Shown one piece after another: positions 1-10,545 of a stretch of DNA of 64,000 nt. Within the stretch, counting starts at the first letter, position 1; each line of letters begins with the position of its first letter. Source of the stretch: Zygnema circumcarinatum SAG 698-1b (taxonomy: Eukaryota; Plantae; Zygnematophyceae); contig CM074806.1 of the NCBI GenBank assembly GCA_037447605.1, positions 248,001-312,000 on the forward strand, written 5' to 3'. The notes under the pieces are model-generated. The model saw only the letters and a program-made list of their open reading frames with translations, did not search any database and was not told where the DNA came from. Both the position numbers and the translations under genes were made by a program.

Positions 1-516
1 CATCCCTCTCCCTTCCCCGTACCCAGCCCCTCCCCACTTCCACTTCCTCGTCCCTCTCCCTCCCCCTTACCCAGCCCCTTTCCCCTTCCACTTCCGCATC
101 CCTCTCCTCCCCCCTTCCCCAGCCCCTCCCCCCTTCTACTTCCTCATCCCTCTCCCCCCCTCCTTCCCCAGCCCCTCCCCCATTCCACTCTCTCCCACTT
201 TGTCCGCCTCCTAACCTCAGTAACAACTAAGCTTAGCGGAGAGGGCAGAAGCCACGGAGTTTATCTTCGAAGAGAAGAGCACAGCTATACATAACTACGA
301 TAAATACATACTTTCTGTCAGTTAAACACCATAAGGCAGAGGGTCAAGACAAAGGTCGGGCACAATCCCTGTCAGAACAGAGCACCGGGACTTGTAAGAA
401 GTTGGAAACAATCCCCGTTTCCCCTCCTCTGATTCAAAGCATATCCGGCCACAGTTATAACAAGCTCTGGAGGTCAAGCCTGAAGATGGTTCAGGGTTCA
501 GGCTTTTGAAAGCCGA

Positions 517-3500
517 TCAACGCCAACCCCTTGGTTGGTATCCCGGTTGGGTCCCTGCTTGGTATCCTGCTTGGGCCCCCGCCTGGTAGCCTGGCTGAGC
601 CCCTCCCTGGTAGCCTGCTTGAGCCCCTGCCTGGTAGCCTGGCTGAGCACCTGCTTGGTAGCCGGGAGGAGGCTCAGGCACAAACCGCTCCTTCTCCAGC
701 TGCTCAAACTGCGGCTGCTTTTTCGAGTTGTGACGGGCACAGCAACCAATGCAGTAGAGGAGACTCTGCACAGCAACAAATTTCAGAATTTCAATTTCAG
801 AAGATGCTTCAAGGAAATAGGGAAAATTTCACGAGCCATTCTGCAGGTCTCCTAGGACTGCTGAGAGGTAGTAATGGATTATGTTCACTGTTCAAAGGGG
901 ATGAACTGATGGGGATCGGGGTAGGTAGGATCTATGGAAGGCAGGAATGCAGCTATTGATGACCCTCAAGTGCTCCTCTCTTAGACAACTTCCGTTCTCC
1001 GCACAATCCCGCCATCCCTCCCTCTCTCTCTCCCTCCGTCCCAAAAACAAAAAAGGCTTGCCTGCGCCTTAATGGTTTTAAAAAAAAAGGCAAACGTGTC
1101 TGCTTGAGCACAGTAACAGGCGAGTGAAACGCAAGCATAAAAAGGCTAAACAGCTCTACCAGGAGTAGGACGACGACAAGAAGCACCACGGAGCTTGTCC
1201 GCCATTCCTGTCGAATGTACTGCGCCACGCCACCCCTGCCCATCTCCAGACATGACTAATATTAGAAAGGATGAAGTCACAAACATCAGCCGCCCCCTCG
1301 CACACCTACTCCTGTTAATCTCAGCTTTCTTACCCTCGTACTAGAGGAATAAGATTTTCACTGCTCAGCTCTACTTAAACGCCAACCCCAACAATACTTT
1401 GACTTCCTTTTTAGAGATTCATTCGCCTTCCTTTCAACAGGACTATTCATATTCGACTAGGCTGTGCCAAATCCTGGCATGGACTCCACTGTATAAGCTC
1501 AGAATCTCTGCTCCTAGATCAAGACAACAGGGGGAAGGCTCGGGACCTGGATACGATGGGAGATAGGGGGAGGGGGGGGAAGGAGAAGGAACGAAGGGGC
1601 GAGAAGCAATATCTAGAAAAGTCATGTGCGGAAGGCGGATGTGCTGGAGTGAGATTTGATTCTTCTAAATTCGCAAGAAACGGACAAGGAAGCGAAGGAA
1701 AAAGATGAGAAGGGTTGACGGGGAAAGGAAGGAGGCGAGAGCGGCAATGGGGGATGGGGACGAGAGGGAGGGAGGGAAAGTAACGATGGACAGAAGGCCG
1801 GGGAGGGAGGGTATGGATTGTCGCATGTGACAGAAGTTGGCATGGCCCCCGTGGATGCTTTCAGCACGGAACAATGGACTGCAACTTACTTGCAAGAGTC
1901 GCAATCATAGCACATCTTCGTAGGATCATTGCTCCACCTTAAGCAATCCTCCGTATTGAAACTGGATTCGGTTTTGTCAAAGACCGTGATGTTTGACTGG
2001 TGAAAGCCGCAGCTGTTACGAATTCCACATTCAAAATGTGAGCTCGAAAACCATTGACACTAGGTGTTTTCAGACTTGAGAAATCAATATGCAATGTGTT
2101 CTGAAGGAAGCACTTCGGATTTCGCTGTTACAATCTATTTCTCGAGAAAGAGGGTATTGAGGTGTGAACATTTCCAAGTCAGAAACCCCCTATCATGGCC
2201 AATTCCCTAGAAAACGAGTGAGGACATCTACTTTCGCCAGGGACGCATGAACAGACAAGTAGAGGCTCGCCTCTGATCCTCTGAGACGCGCATAACCAGA
2301 GATGGCAAGAACAATGTGAAAGGGTTCACCAGAGAACAGTCCTTTACAGGACTCCTGTATGTATACAAATAAGCACCAATACAAGCCACAAGGTCTACGC
2401 TACGTTCATGGCTGGAAGAACAAAGTGAGCAAAGCAGCACGTTAAGTACCTCACTGGAGGTTTGCAGCAGCCGGATTCAAGCGGGCTCAATGTTGCGTTG
2501 GCATACATTGCCAGAATCTGCAACATGTGACAGATAGGGAGTTTAGTTACTAAGCTTGAAAAGTTGCTGTCTGCTGTTAGAGAAAATAATTGAGTGACCC
2601 AGACCCAAACGGGGGCTGGGATGAAATTACAGGGTAGTCATCGTAGAGATGGCTGCAGTAGTCGTCTTGAACCATGCAGCTCCTCAAAGCAGACCAGCTG
2701 GAGGTGGAGTTGATCTGCGAGTGAGAGAACAAAGCTACCACGAAACAATCAAGATAGCAACCCAAACCATAAACAAACCAAACACAAAGTGGCATCTCTC
2801 ATTCTCGTGTGAAAAACTCTACGGTCAATCTCTCTGTCCGTGAGAGTGCTTTTCTTCAACTCAAAACCGAAGGTCAAATCAAGCAGACTGCAAACATTTG
2901 GAGTAGACATGATATGTTTCCCCCATTGGTCACAGATATGACAGTAAATGCCCCGAAATATTGAGATGGAATATTGAGAGTGCGTGGGGGCAACGGGAAT
3001 CAGCAAAAAAGAAAGCAGTCAATAAAGGCACAAAATAAGTGAAGTAATGTTGGAAGTTTTTGAACCTGACTCTGTAGCCAGCCAGAATAATCGCCAAGGT
3101 TGTACTCTTTGAAGCTGCACACATCGTCCTTCCAACGTTTAGCATTGTGCACGGTATGATGCATCGCTCGTGAACAAGGAAAATACCTTTTGCACCCCAA
3201 CTCAAGAAGCACGAAAAGCATAGCAGTTCTTGAAAGCACGCACATAAGGCATCCATGGAAGTGACAGATGGGTGAGGAAACTGATCCAGAAACTCACTTG
3301 TAGCCAGCAATCGTAGATCCTCCACCATCAGCTGTAACAATGAACCTGTAAAGTTTACCAGAGCACTTCAAATGCCTAAATCAACGATGCCAGGATGGGC
3401 ATGACAAAATGCAGACTAAGCATTTACAAATTTAATAACATTCGATTGATTGATTAGATTGATGACTTGGAAGAAGTTGCCTTCTCCAGCCCTTATGTTG

Positions 3501-4956
3501 CAAATTATGAAGCGGATTCACCCACAGGTTAGACATGGGGAAACTAAGCATCATTCATTGTACTAACAGATGACGTGCATCAATCGCACTGCTGGACAGC
3601 CCTCTCTCGATGCTTTACTACAGAGAACTCTGATATTCAACCAAACCAAGACAAGGGCTTCAGCTATCTTACGCAAACAGGGTGAATGCCGCCAATATGA
3701 AAATCAAGATCGCCATAAAGAACAAGTACTGAGGAGAGCCTTGGTCAAGGAAGTCTCGAGTCACACATCATAAGTAGAATCAACCAGAAACAATGCGTTG
3801 CAAAGCAACAATGCGTTTTCAAATTCAAATTGTAATGCCGATTAAACTCGGTCCACTTTTGTGGATCGAATGCCATGCAGATGAAAGAATAATATAAATT
3901 ACAAAAATTTGATGGAAACCTAGATGCCTTAAAATGGAGGATACGATCCATAAAACAAAAGACCAGCTGTTGGCGGCTCCACAGCAACCAATAAATGAAC
4001 TGCAAAACGAAAAAAAAAACTTTAAAGGAACAACCTTTTTCCAGCACACAGAAACATAAAAATATGAGGGTGCGGACTGAGTCGAAACGTGCACTGAACT
4101 GCGATGATTGATCGAAGAACGCCAACCTATGCTGAAAATAACTACCTTTGCAATAGATTAACAGCACAGACCCGGGATACAATACAGTCGTCGTGTATTA
4201 ACCGTTCTCAAAATGAAAAATCCAAGACCGAGGTGAAAGGAATTGAACAGTTGGATCTCTACATCAGAAGTAAGAGGAGTAAGCATCGGAACGACTGTTC
4301 GTATATGCAAGTCTATTTAAAGGCGGAGGTTGCCGCAGCTTGCGAAAAAGACTCACTCACATGACAAAGATGGCCACTCCAATCACAATGATCGGCTTCT
4401 GGAGAAACGTGTAGCATTCACTCCCCGTTTCTGTGTAGAGCCATATGCCCATCGCCAGAATGGGAATAGCTAAAACCTGCAATGTATGCAAAACATTGTG
4501 AGCATCGTCGACTATGCTGACACTGGCCCTGATTGATGCCTCCTTGCAGATTGAGAACCAGAACCTTGCCAGAATGAACCTTGCCAGCCATTCCAGATGT
4601 TACTAACAGTTACTTCTATCAATCGAATGTAATTGTACCTCATAAAGGGACACCTGTAACCTGCGGATAGCATTTCATCCAGCAAATACAAGACCGCTGT
4701 CTAGTGCCAAAAGAGGGAAAAAAAAAAACTTCACCATCTGCTGAAGAAACCTGGATTTCACAAGCTGTGAATGAAACAAGATAGTGCTACCCGCAGCAGC
4801 TTTCTGTGGCAAGTGATATTCTTGATGATTGACATTCACTGCTTCCGCGATCAGACGGAGTATACAATGCAACGCAACATCCTTTCTGACACGACTCACC
4901 ATTGTAAAAATGTTCATCCATTTTAACACAGAATTGCTGCAACCATAGTTCCCCAT
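517..4956 (-). CDS. TET: Plant-type tetraspanin, 11 exons, with an extended repetitive C-terminal tail
   Basis: Exons joined at GT-AG sites: MGNYGCSNSVLKWMNIFTM | VLAIPILAMGIWLY..ECYTFLQKPIIVIG | SFIGCCGAANSW | YLFFMAIL | FIVTADGGG | FKEYNLGDYSGWLQSQ | INSTSSWSALRSCM | LSPLESGCCKPPV | CGF..DCLRWSNDPTKMCYDCDSCK | GGVAQYIRQEWR | SLLYCIGCCARHN. Contains the plant tetraspanin GCCKP motif and the EYxLGDYSxWLQ and CYxCxSCK motifs. Confidence 0.92.
530..665 (-). repeat. Coding 24-bp tandem repeat (PGYQAGAQ x ~5) in the tetraspanin tail
   Basis: Last exon translates as PPPGYQAGAQPGYQAGAQAGYQGGAQPGYQAGAQAGYQAGTQPGYQP. Confidence 0.9.
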
Positions 4957-6474
4957 CCTTCACAGGAACAGAGGAAGTGCGGGTGAAGCCGACAGCAGAG
5001 ATGATCTTGAGTTGATCGAAATTGGTTTGAGCACAGAATGCTTAGTAGTAGGCTGTCAGAGCACCCTAAATGCCTTGCTTTCAGCGTCGTTCAAACTCTC
5101 TGACGCTGCAAGCCCTGCTTCAGTCCTGCGTCCTCTCGCACCTTCAAGACAGGCCTCCTGCAGAGCAAAGCGCCCCAACCAGCCTTTGGCACTACAGCGC
5201 GGGATTCAATTCAAAACACGTACACTGCAGTCTTTATTCAAATTTTCTTCATTGCAGAATATGTACTGAATTCGAATGATCCTTCCGGAAATCCAAAGGT
5301 TGGCGACCAAGGAAAAGCATCTGAGGACGCTAGAGGACTCCAGTAAACGGTTTGAGCGGACGCGACGGCTGACGTATAGTCCGTACTGTACGGCAGATTC
5401 TGCTGTAAGGACCTGGCGAAAAGTACCGCAGACCTGTCAAACGAATCTGAGGTATGCCGGAGGTACGCGGCTCTGGGGACACCGTCGGACGTGCAGGGGA
5501 CGATTCCCCGGCGGAGGGTTGGGAGAGTCGGCGGAACCACGGGCGGGGAGGAACGGTACAGGACTCGGACATGAAAAAGGACGGCGGAATGGCTGGTTGG
5601 GGACCATCGTACACGCGTTGGCGGACGCAGCCATGGGCGAACACACTCGGTGCACATTCGAGGAAGTTGCGCGCGTTCACGAGAGTTCGCGTGCGGTCTT
5701 CATGTCCCACCACGGTCCCGACTCAATCACAAGGTCGCATGGTCCTTTGCTAGGAGTTGGGGCGCCGCCTCATGTTGGGGACGTTCATGGTGCTACCTGC
5801 GATGGTAGACTTGGGCCGTGTTGTCTTGGAGGGCCGTCTCTTACCATGGAGGGCTATGGAGCGCTGTGTGGTGCAATGGTGGTATTGCCGCGGGTTGTGG
5901 CGCGCCTTGGAGTACGGTCTTGTGATGGAGTGCTATGGAGTATCCCGCGGTAGAATGGTGGCATGTCGGGCGTATAGTGGGGTGCCTTGGGGTGTTGTCG
6001 CAATCCTTCAAACTTTGCAAGCTATGGGGTGTCGAGGACCTTGTCGTGTGCCTTGAAGTGTTGTGGAGTGCCATGCAATGATGCCCCGCCTTGGAATGTT
6101 TTGGAATTGTTTGGAGTGCGACGGAGTGTCTTACAGTCCTCTAAATGTTGCGGCATGTCTTTGAATGTTTTGAGTAGTACAGTAGTGAGCTGTTGCTGTC
6201 TGCACTCGCCTTGTGTGTGAGACTGCACGTAGATAGACTGCGGCTTGCTCCCTCTCCCCTCGCTCGTTTCTTTCCCTCCCTCCCTCCCTCCCTCCCTCCC
6301 TAATTGCCTCGCTCCCAGCTCGCTTACTCTATTTCCTGCCTAAAAACTACGCGGACTTGGTCAATATCCTGCTTGTTCTTTGATCGCTCTCATTTGCTTT
6401 TTTTCACTCTAAACCACGTTCGTCCACCCCACTCGCTCTTTTCACTCCTGTTACACCTTCCCTGCACCCTATCC

Positions 6475-6826
6475 TCCCGTCTCCCTTCTCCCTTCGCCCT
6501 TCTCCCGTCTCCCTTCTCCCTTCTCCCTTCTCCCTTCTTCCTTCTCCCTTCTCCCTTCTCCCTTCTCCCCTCTCTTCCCTTCTCCCTTCTCCCTTCTCCC
6601 TTCTCCCTTCTCCCTTCTTCCTTCTCCCTTCTCCCTCCTCCCTTCTCCCCTCTCTTCCCTTCTCCCTTCTCCCCTCTCCCTTCTCCCTTCTTCCTTCTCC
6701 CTTCTCCCTTCTCCCTTCGCCCTTCTCCCTTCTCCCTTCTCCCTTCTCCCTTCTCCCTTCTTCCTTCTCCCTTCTCCCTTCTCCCTTCTCCCTTCTCCCT
6801 CCCCCCTTCTCCCTTCTCCCTTCTCC
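6475..6826 (+). repeat. (CTCCCTT)n pyrimidine-only microsatellite
   Basis: About 350 bp of near-continuous ctccctt units. Confidence 0.9.
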
Positions 6827-6954
6827 CTAGCTAATCCTAGTCAGGACGCTTTCTCGCTAGATTTAAGCCCACCCCGTCCCCTTCCCCTCCCCGCCTCCCT
6901 TTTCCGCCAATCCCACCAGCCAGTTAGCCAGCCAGCTACAACTAACACATACAA

Positions 6955-7740
6955 TACAGTAAATAATTACTTATGCAAAAAAACAGCAAAAACAGTCTAC
7001 AATTAAAAAATAACCAAGAAATCATATCAATCGCATAATTTCCTCCCTCTTCCTCTACCTCTCCCTCTCCCTCTCCCTTCTCCCTCCCTCTCCCTCTCCC
7101 TCCCTCCCTCCCTTCTCCCTCTCCCTCTCCCTCTCCCTTCTCCCTTCTCCCTCTCCCTCTCCCTCTCCCTCTCCCTCTCCCTCTCCCTCTCCCTCTCCCA
7201 ATGCCTCTGCATCTGCCTCTGCCTGCCATTCCCACTCTGCCTCCCTTCCCTCACTTCCACCCCCTCCGCCTGCCCTCTCTCGTAATGCCTCTGCCTCTGC
7301 ATGCCTCTCCCTCCCCCTCCTCCCCATCCACTCCCCACTCCCACTCCCTCTCTCAGTAAATAATTAATTATGCAAAAGAAATGCAAAAACAGTGTACAAT
7401 CAAAAAATAATCAAGAAAACATATCAATCACATAATTTCCTCCCTCTCCCTCTCCCTCTCCCTCTCCCCCTCCCAATGCCTCCGCGTCTGCCTCTGCCTG
7501 CCACTCCCACTCTACCTCCCCTTCCCTCACTTCTACCCCCTCCGCCTCCCCTCTCTCGTAATGCCTCTGCCTCTGCCTGCTTCTCCCTCCCCCTCTCGTC
7601 CCCACTCCCACTCCCTCTCCCCTCCTCCCTCCCCCATCCCCTACCTTCCCTTCTCCATTCCTCGCTCTCTGTCCTTCCCCTTCACATCCTCTCTCTAAAT
7701 GCCTCTGCCTCTTCCGCTGCCTGCCTCTCCCCCTCTGCAT
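6955..7740 (+). repeat. Degenerate ~400-bp tandem duplication (AT-rich head plus CT-rich body)
   Basis: cagtaaataatt..atgcaaaa..caaaaacagt.tacaat.aaaaaataa.caagaaa.catatcaatc.cataatttcctccc occurs at ~6957 and ~7355. Each copy is followed by aatgcctc..tctgcctctgcctgcca.tcccactct.cctcccttccctcacttc. Confidence 0.8.
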
Positions 7741-8929
7741 TCCCATCTCCCTATTCCTCTCCCATCCTTCCCACCTCCCCCGTCCATGTCACTCTGGCCT
7801 CCCTCACCCTACCCCTGCGCCCCATCCCTCCTAATCCACTCCTTCTCCCTCTTTCTCTCCCACCGCATCTACCCACTGCATCCTGCCTCTTCCTCAACCT
7901 CGGCATTCCCCTCCCAGCCTGTCCCACCTCCCCACTTTCCCCTTTTTCCTCCGCCTCCGTCTTCCCCACTCAGTCTCACTGCCCCTCTTCCCCTCCCTGC
8001 CACTCCCTCTCCCATCCTCTCTCGCAGTGCCGCTGCCTTTGCCTGCCTCCCCATCTCTGCCTCAATGTCGCTCGTCCTTTCCCTCGCCATATCCTCTTTC
8101 TTTCCCTCCCCCGATACTCACCACCCATCTCCCTAATCCAACCTCTTCATCCTCCTTCTCCACTTCCCCGCTCAACCCCACGCACCTCCCACACTTCCCC
8201 CACTTCCCCCCTCCCTCACGAACTCTCATTGTCCCTCGCCCTCTCCCTTTCACTCGTCCTGTTTTCTTTCCCCTCCTCTCCCTACAAATCCCTCTACCAT
8301 CCGCTCTCAAACTGCCTCTCCATCTCTTGCTTTCCTTCTCGCCCTTCCACCCCTCTCCCTATCCTTTCCCTCTCCCTCACCCGCTCCCCCCATCCTCCCC
8401 ATCTGCCCCTCTCCACTCCTTCCCCCTTTCCCCATCCACCTATCATGCCCTCATCCCCTCCTCTTCAACCTTCTCCATCTCCCTATTACCTGACGTTACT
8501 TCCCTTCCACCTCTCCTCTCCCTCTCACAGCCGCATCTCTGCCTTTCCACGGCACCCCTCTCCCTATCTGTTCCGCCATCCAATCTTTACCCCCTCTCCC
8601 TACTTCGAGCCCTCTCATCACTGTCCCCATTCTCTCTACTTTTGCCGTTGCCTCTCTCCCTTTCTTTCTCAGCCTCTGCACTCCCTCTCCCTTTCCCTCT
8701 GCCTCAGCCTCTCTCCCTATCCCTCTGCTGCATTTTCTCTTTTCTTCTCTTTCCTTCCCTAGTCGTCACCATTCCCGCGATTGCAGGCCCGCCCTCCCAC
8801 CGTCCTTCCCTCCCTCCATGGCCGCCACTCGCTCCTCCTCCTCCGCATCCTGCTAGGGCCGTTCGTTCCATGTGGGCCTCCCGCCATTCCTCTGAGCCGT
8901 GGCCGTCCCTTGACAGTTCGACCGCCGTC

Positions 8930-9072
8930 CAACTGCAACTGCAGCTGTAACTGCGCCTGCAACCGCAGCTGCAACTGCAACTGCAACTGCAACTGCAACT
9001 GCAACTGCAACTGCAACTGCAACTGCAACTGCAACTGCGACTGCAACTGCGACTGCGACTGCGACTGCAACT
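8930..9072 (+). repeat. (CTGCAA/CTGCGA)n hexamer microsatellite, more than 20 units
   Basis: Directly visible aactgc/gactgc run. Confidence 0.9.
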
Positions 9073-9630
9073 GCTCGGCACGTGCACGCCCGCACGCCCG
9101 CTGCCCGCCACGTGCCCCCCCTTTTCCCCGCCGCCGCGCGCGGGCCGCGTCCCGAAGTGCGCCGCGGGCCGACCGCCCCACCGAACGCCGGCCCGCCCTT
9201 TGGCCCTTTTGGCCCTCTGGCCGTCCCTGGCTCCGTCCCTACCTCCCTCGCGCACTTTTGGCCCTTTGGAGGGGCGGGCCCGCCCCTGCGATCGCGTGCC
9301 GAACCACACCCCCCCCCCGAGCCGATGAAGCGCGCCAGATAAGGGAGGAGAGGATAGCCCGCCACACGTCGGCAGCATGCACGCGCGTGCCATAGTGCAC
9401 ACTTTCATTATCGCGCCCGGCCGCGCTGCGTGGCATCTCGGGACTAGCTCGTACGTGTGGCCGGTTTGTATGCCCGTTGCGTGGTAGGATCCCGACTTGG
9501 GCTTTCAATGCTGGCGGACAGGCGTGTTGGTGGCGTTGGCCGCATTCACTTGTGATTGACGACGAATTGGTAGCGTGTAGGACAAATTTCAGGTAAGAGG
9601 CGATACGTGGCCCGATAGCAGTGGTGTGTC

Positions 9631-10088
9631 TGTAGCGAAACGCTATACATGGGTTGTATGGCCGAGTACTTACATCCGCGGTTGCCTTTTAATGGTAAAA
9701 GCACTTAGGTGAATACCGGGAGGTCCTGAGTTCGAACCCTGCTGGAGGCAGTGGTTTGTTACATTGGTATCAGAGCCTAAGGACTGGTATTTGCAATCCA
9801 CCCTAAAAACACCGTGATCTCTGAGCATGGTACGGAACCCGTTCCTCAGTGGCCTTCGGGACTGAGGCCGTAGTCCATGTGTTGAAGGAGCTTGAACGCT
9901 GCTCGTGAAAAACCTTGACTGCGCTCGAGGACGAGCCCGGTTTAGGTGGGGAGGAATGTAGCGAAACGCTATACATGGGTTGTATGGCCGAGTACTTACA
10001 TCCGCGGTTGCCTTTTAATGGTAAAGCACTTAGGTGAATACCGGGAGGTCCTGGGTTCGAACCCTGCTGGAGGCAGTGGTTTGTTATA
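9631..10088 (+). mobile_element. TRIM copy 1 (non-autonomous LTR retrotransposon) with tRNA-like LTRs
   Basis: LTRs 9631-9763 (TGTAG...TTACA) and 9957-10088 differ at 3 positions. PBS TGGTATCAGAGC (tRNA-iMet) at 9765-9776. PPT AGGTGGGGAGGAA at 9944-9956. Perfect 5-bp TSD GTGTC at 9626-9630 and 10089-10093. No ORF. Confidence 0.95.
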
Positions 10089-10108
10089 GTGTCAGACTGA
10101 TCTAGACC

Positions 10109-10545
10109 TGTAGCAAAACGCTATACATCGGTTGTATGGCCTAATACTTACATCCGCGGTTGCCTTTTAATGGTAAAGCACTGGTGTGGATACCGGGAGG
10201 TCTTGTGTTCAAACCTTGCAGTTGGCAGGTTTGTTACATTGGTATCAGAGCCAGTACCCGATATTTGTAATCCACCCTAAAAACACCGTGATCTCTGAGC
10301 ATGGTACGGTTGGCCAATTGGGGTCTGAACCGTACTTGGCGGCATGTGTTGAAGGAGCTTGAACGCTGCTCGTGAAAACCCTAGAGTGCGCTCGAGGACG
10401 AGCCCGGTTTAGGTGGGGAGGAATGTAGCAAAACGCTATACATGGGTTGTATGGCCTAATACTTACATCCGCGGTTGCCTTTTAATGGTAAAGCATTGGT
10501 GTGGATACTGGGAGGTCAAACCTTGCAGTTGGCAGGTTTGTTACA
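10109..10545 (+). mobile_element. TRIM copy 2 (second subfamily) with tRNA-like LTRs
   Basis: LTRs 10109-10238 and 10424-10545 differ by 3 substitutions and an 8-bp deletion in the 3' LTR. PBS at 10240-10251. PPT at 10411-10423. TSD AGACC / AGGCC (one mismatch). Confidence 0.93.

Noticed and set aside
5276-5953. 225-aa ORF as a transposase or other gene
   Set aside because: No recognisable motif, competing ORFs in other frames, and no splice support.
7392-8950. Long Pro/Leu/Ser-rich ORFs (456 aa, 307 aa) and many similar ORFs across the window
   Set aside because: They are by-products of stop-free CT/GA tracts, open in several frames and on both strands, with no domain content.
8781-9408. 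Cys-rich (CN)n, (CS)n or (QL)n proteins
   Set aside because: All six frames are open across a CTGCAA microsatellite, with no supporting gene structure.
9676-9752. A genuine tRNA gene, or 5S rRNA (Cassandra)
   Set aside because: The acceptor and anticodon stems pair poorly, the segment contains TTTT, and it sits inside LTRs. The AGGTC plus GGTTCGAACC layout is tRNA-like rather than 5S-like.
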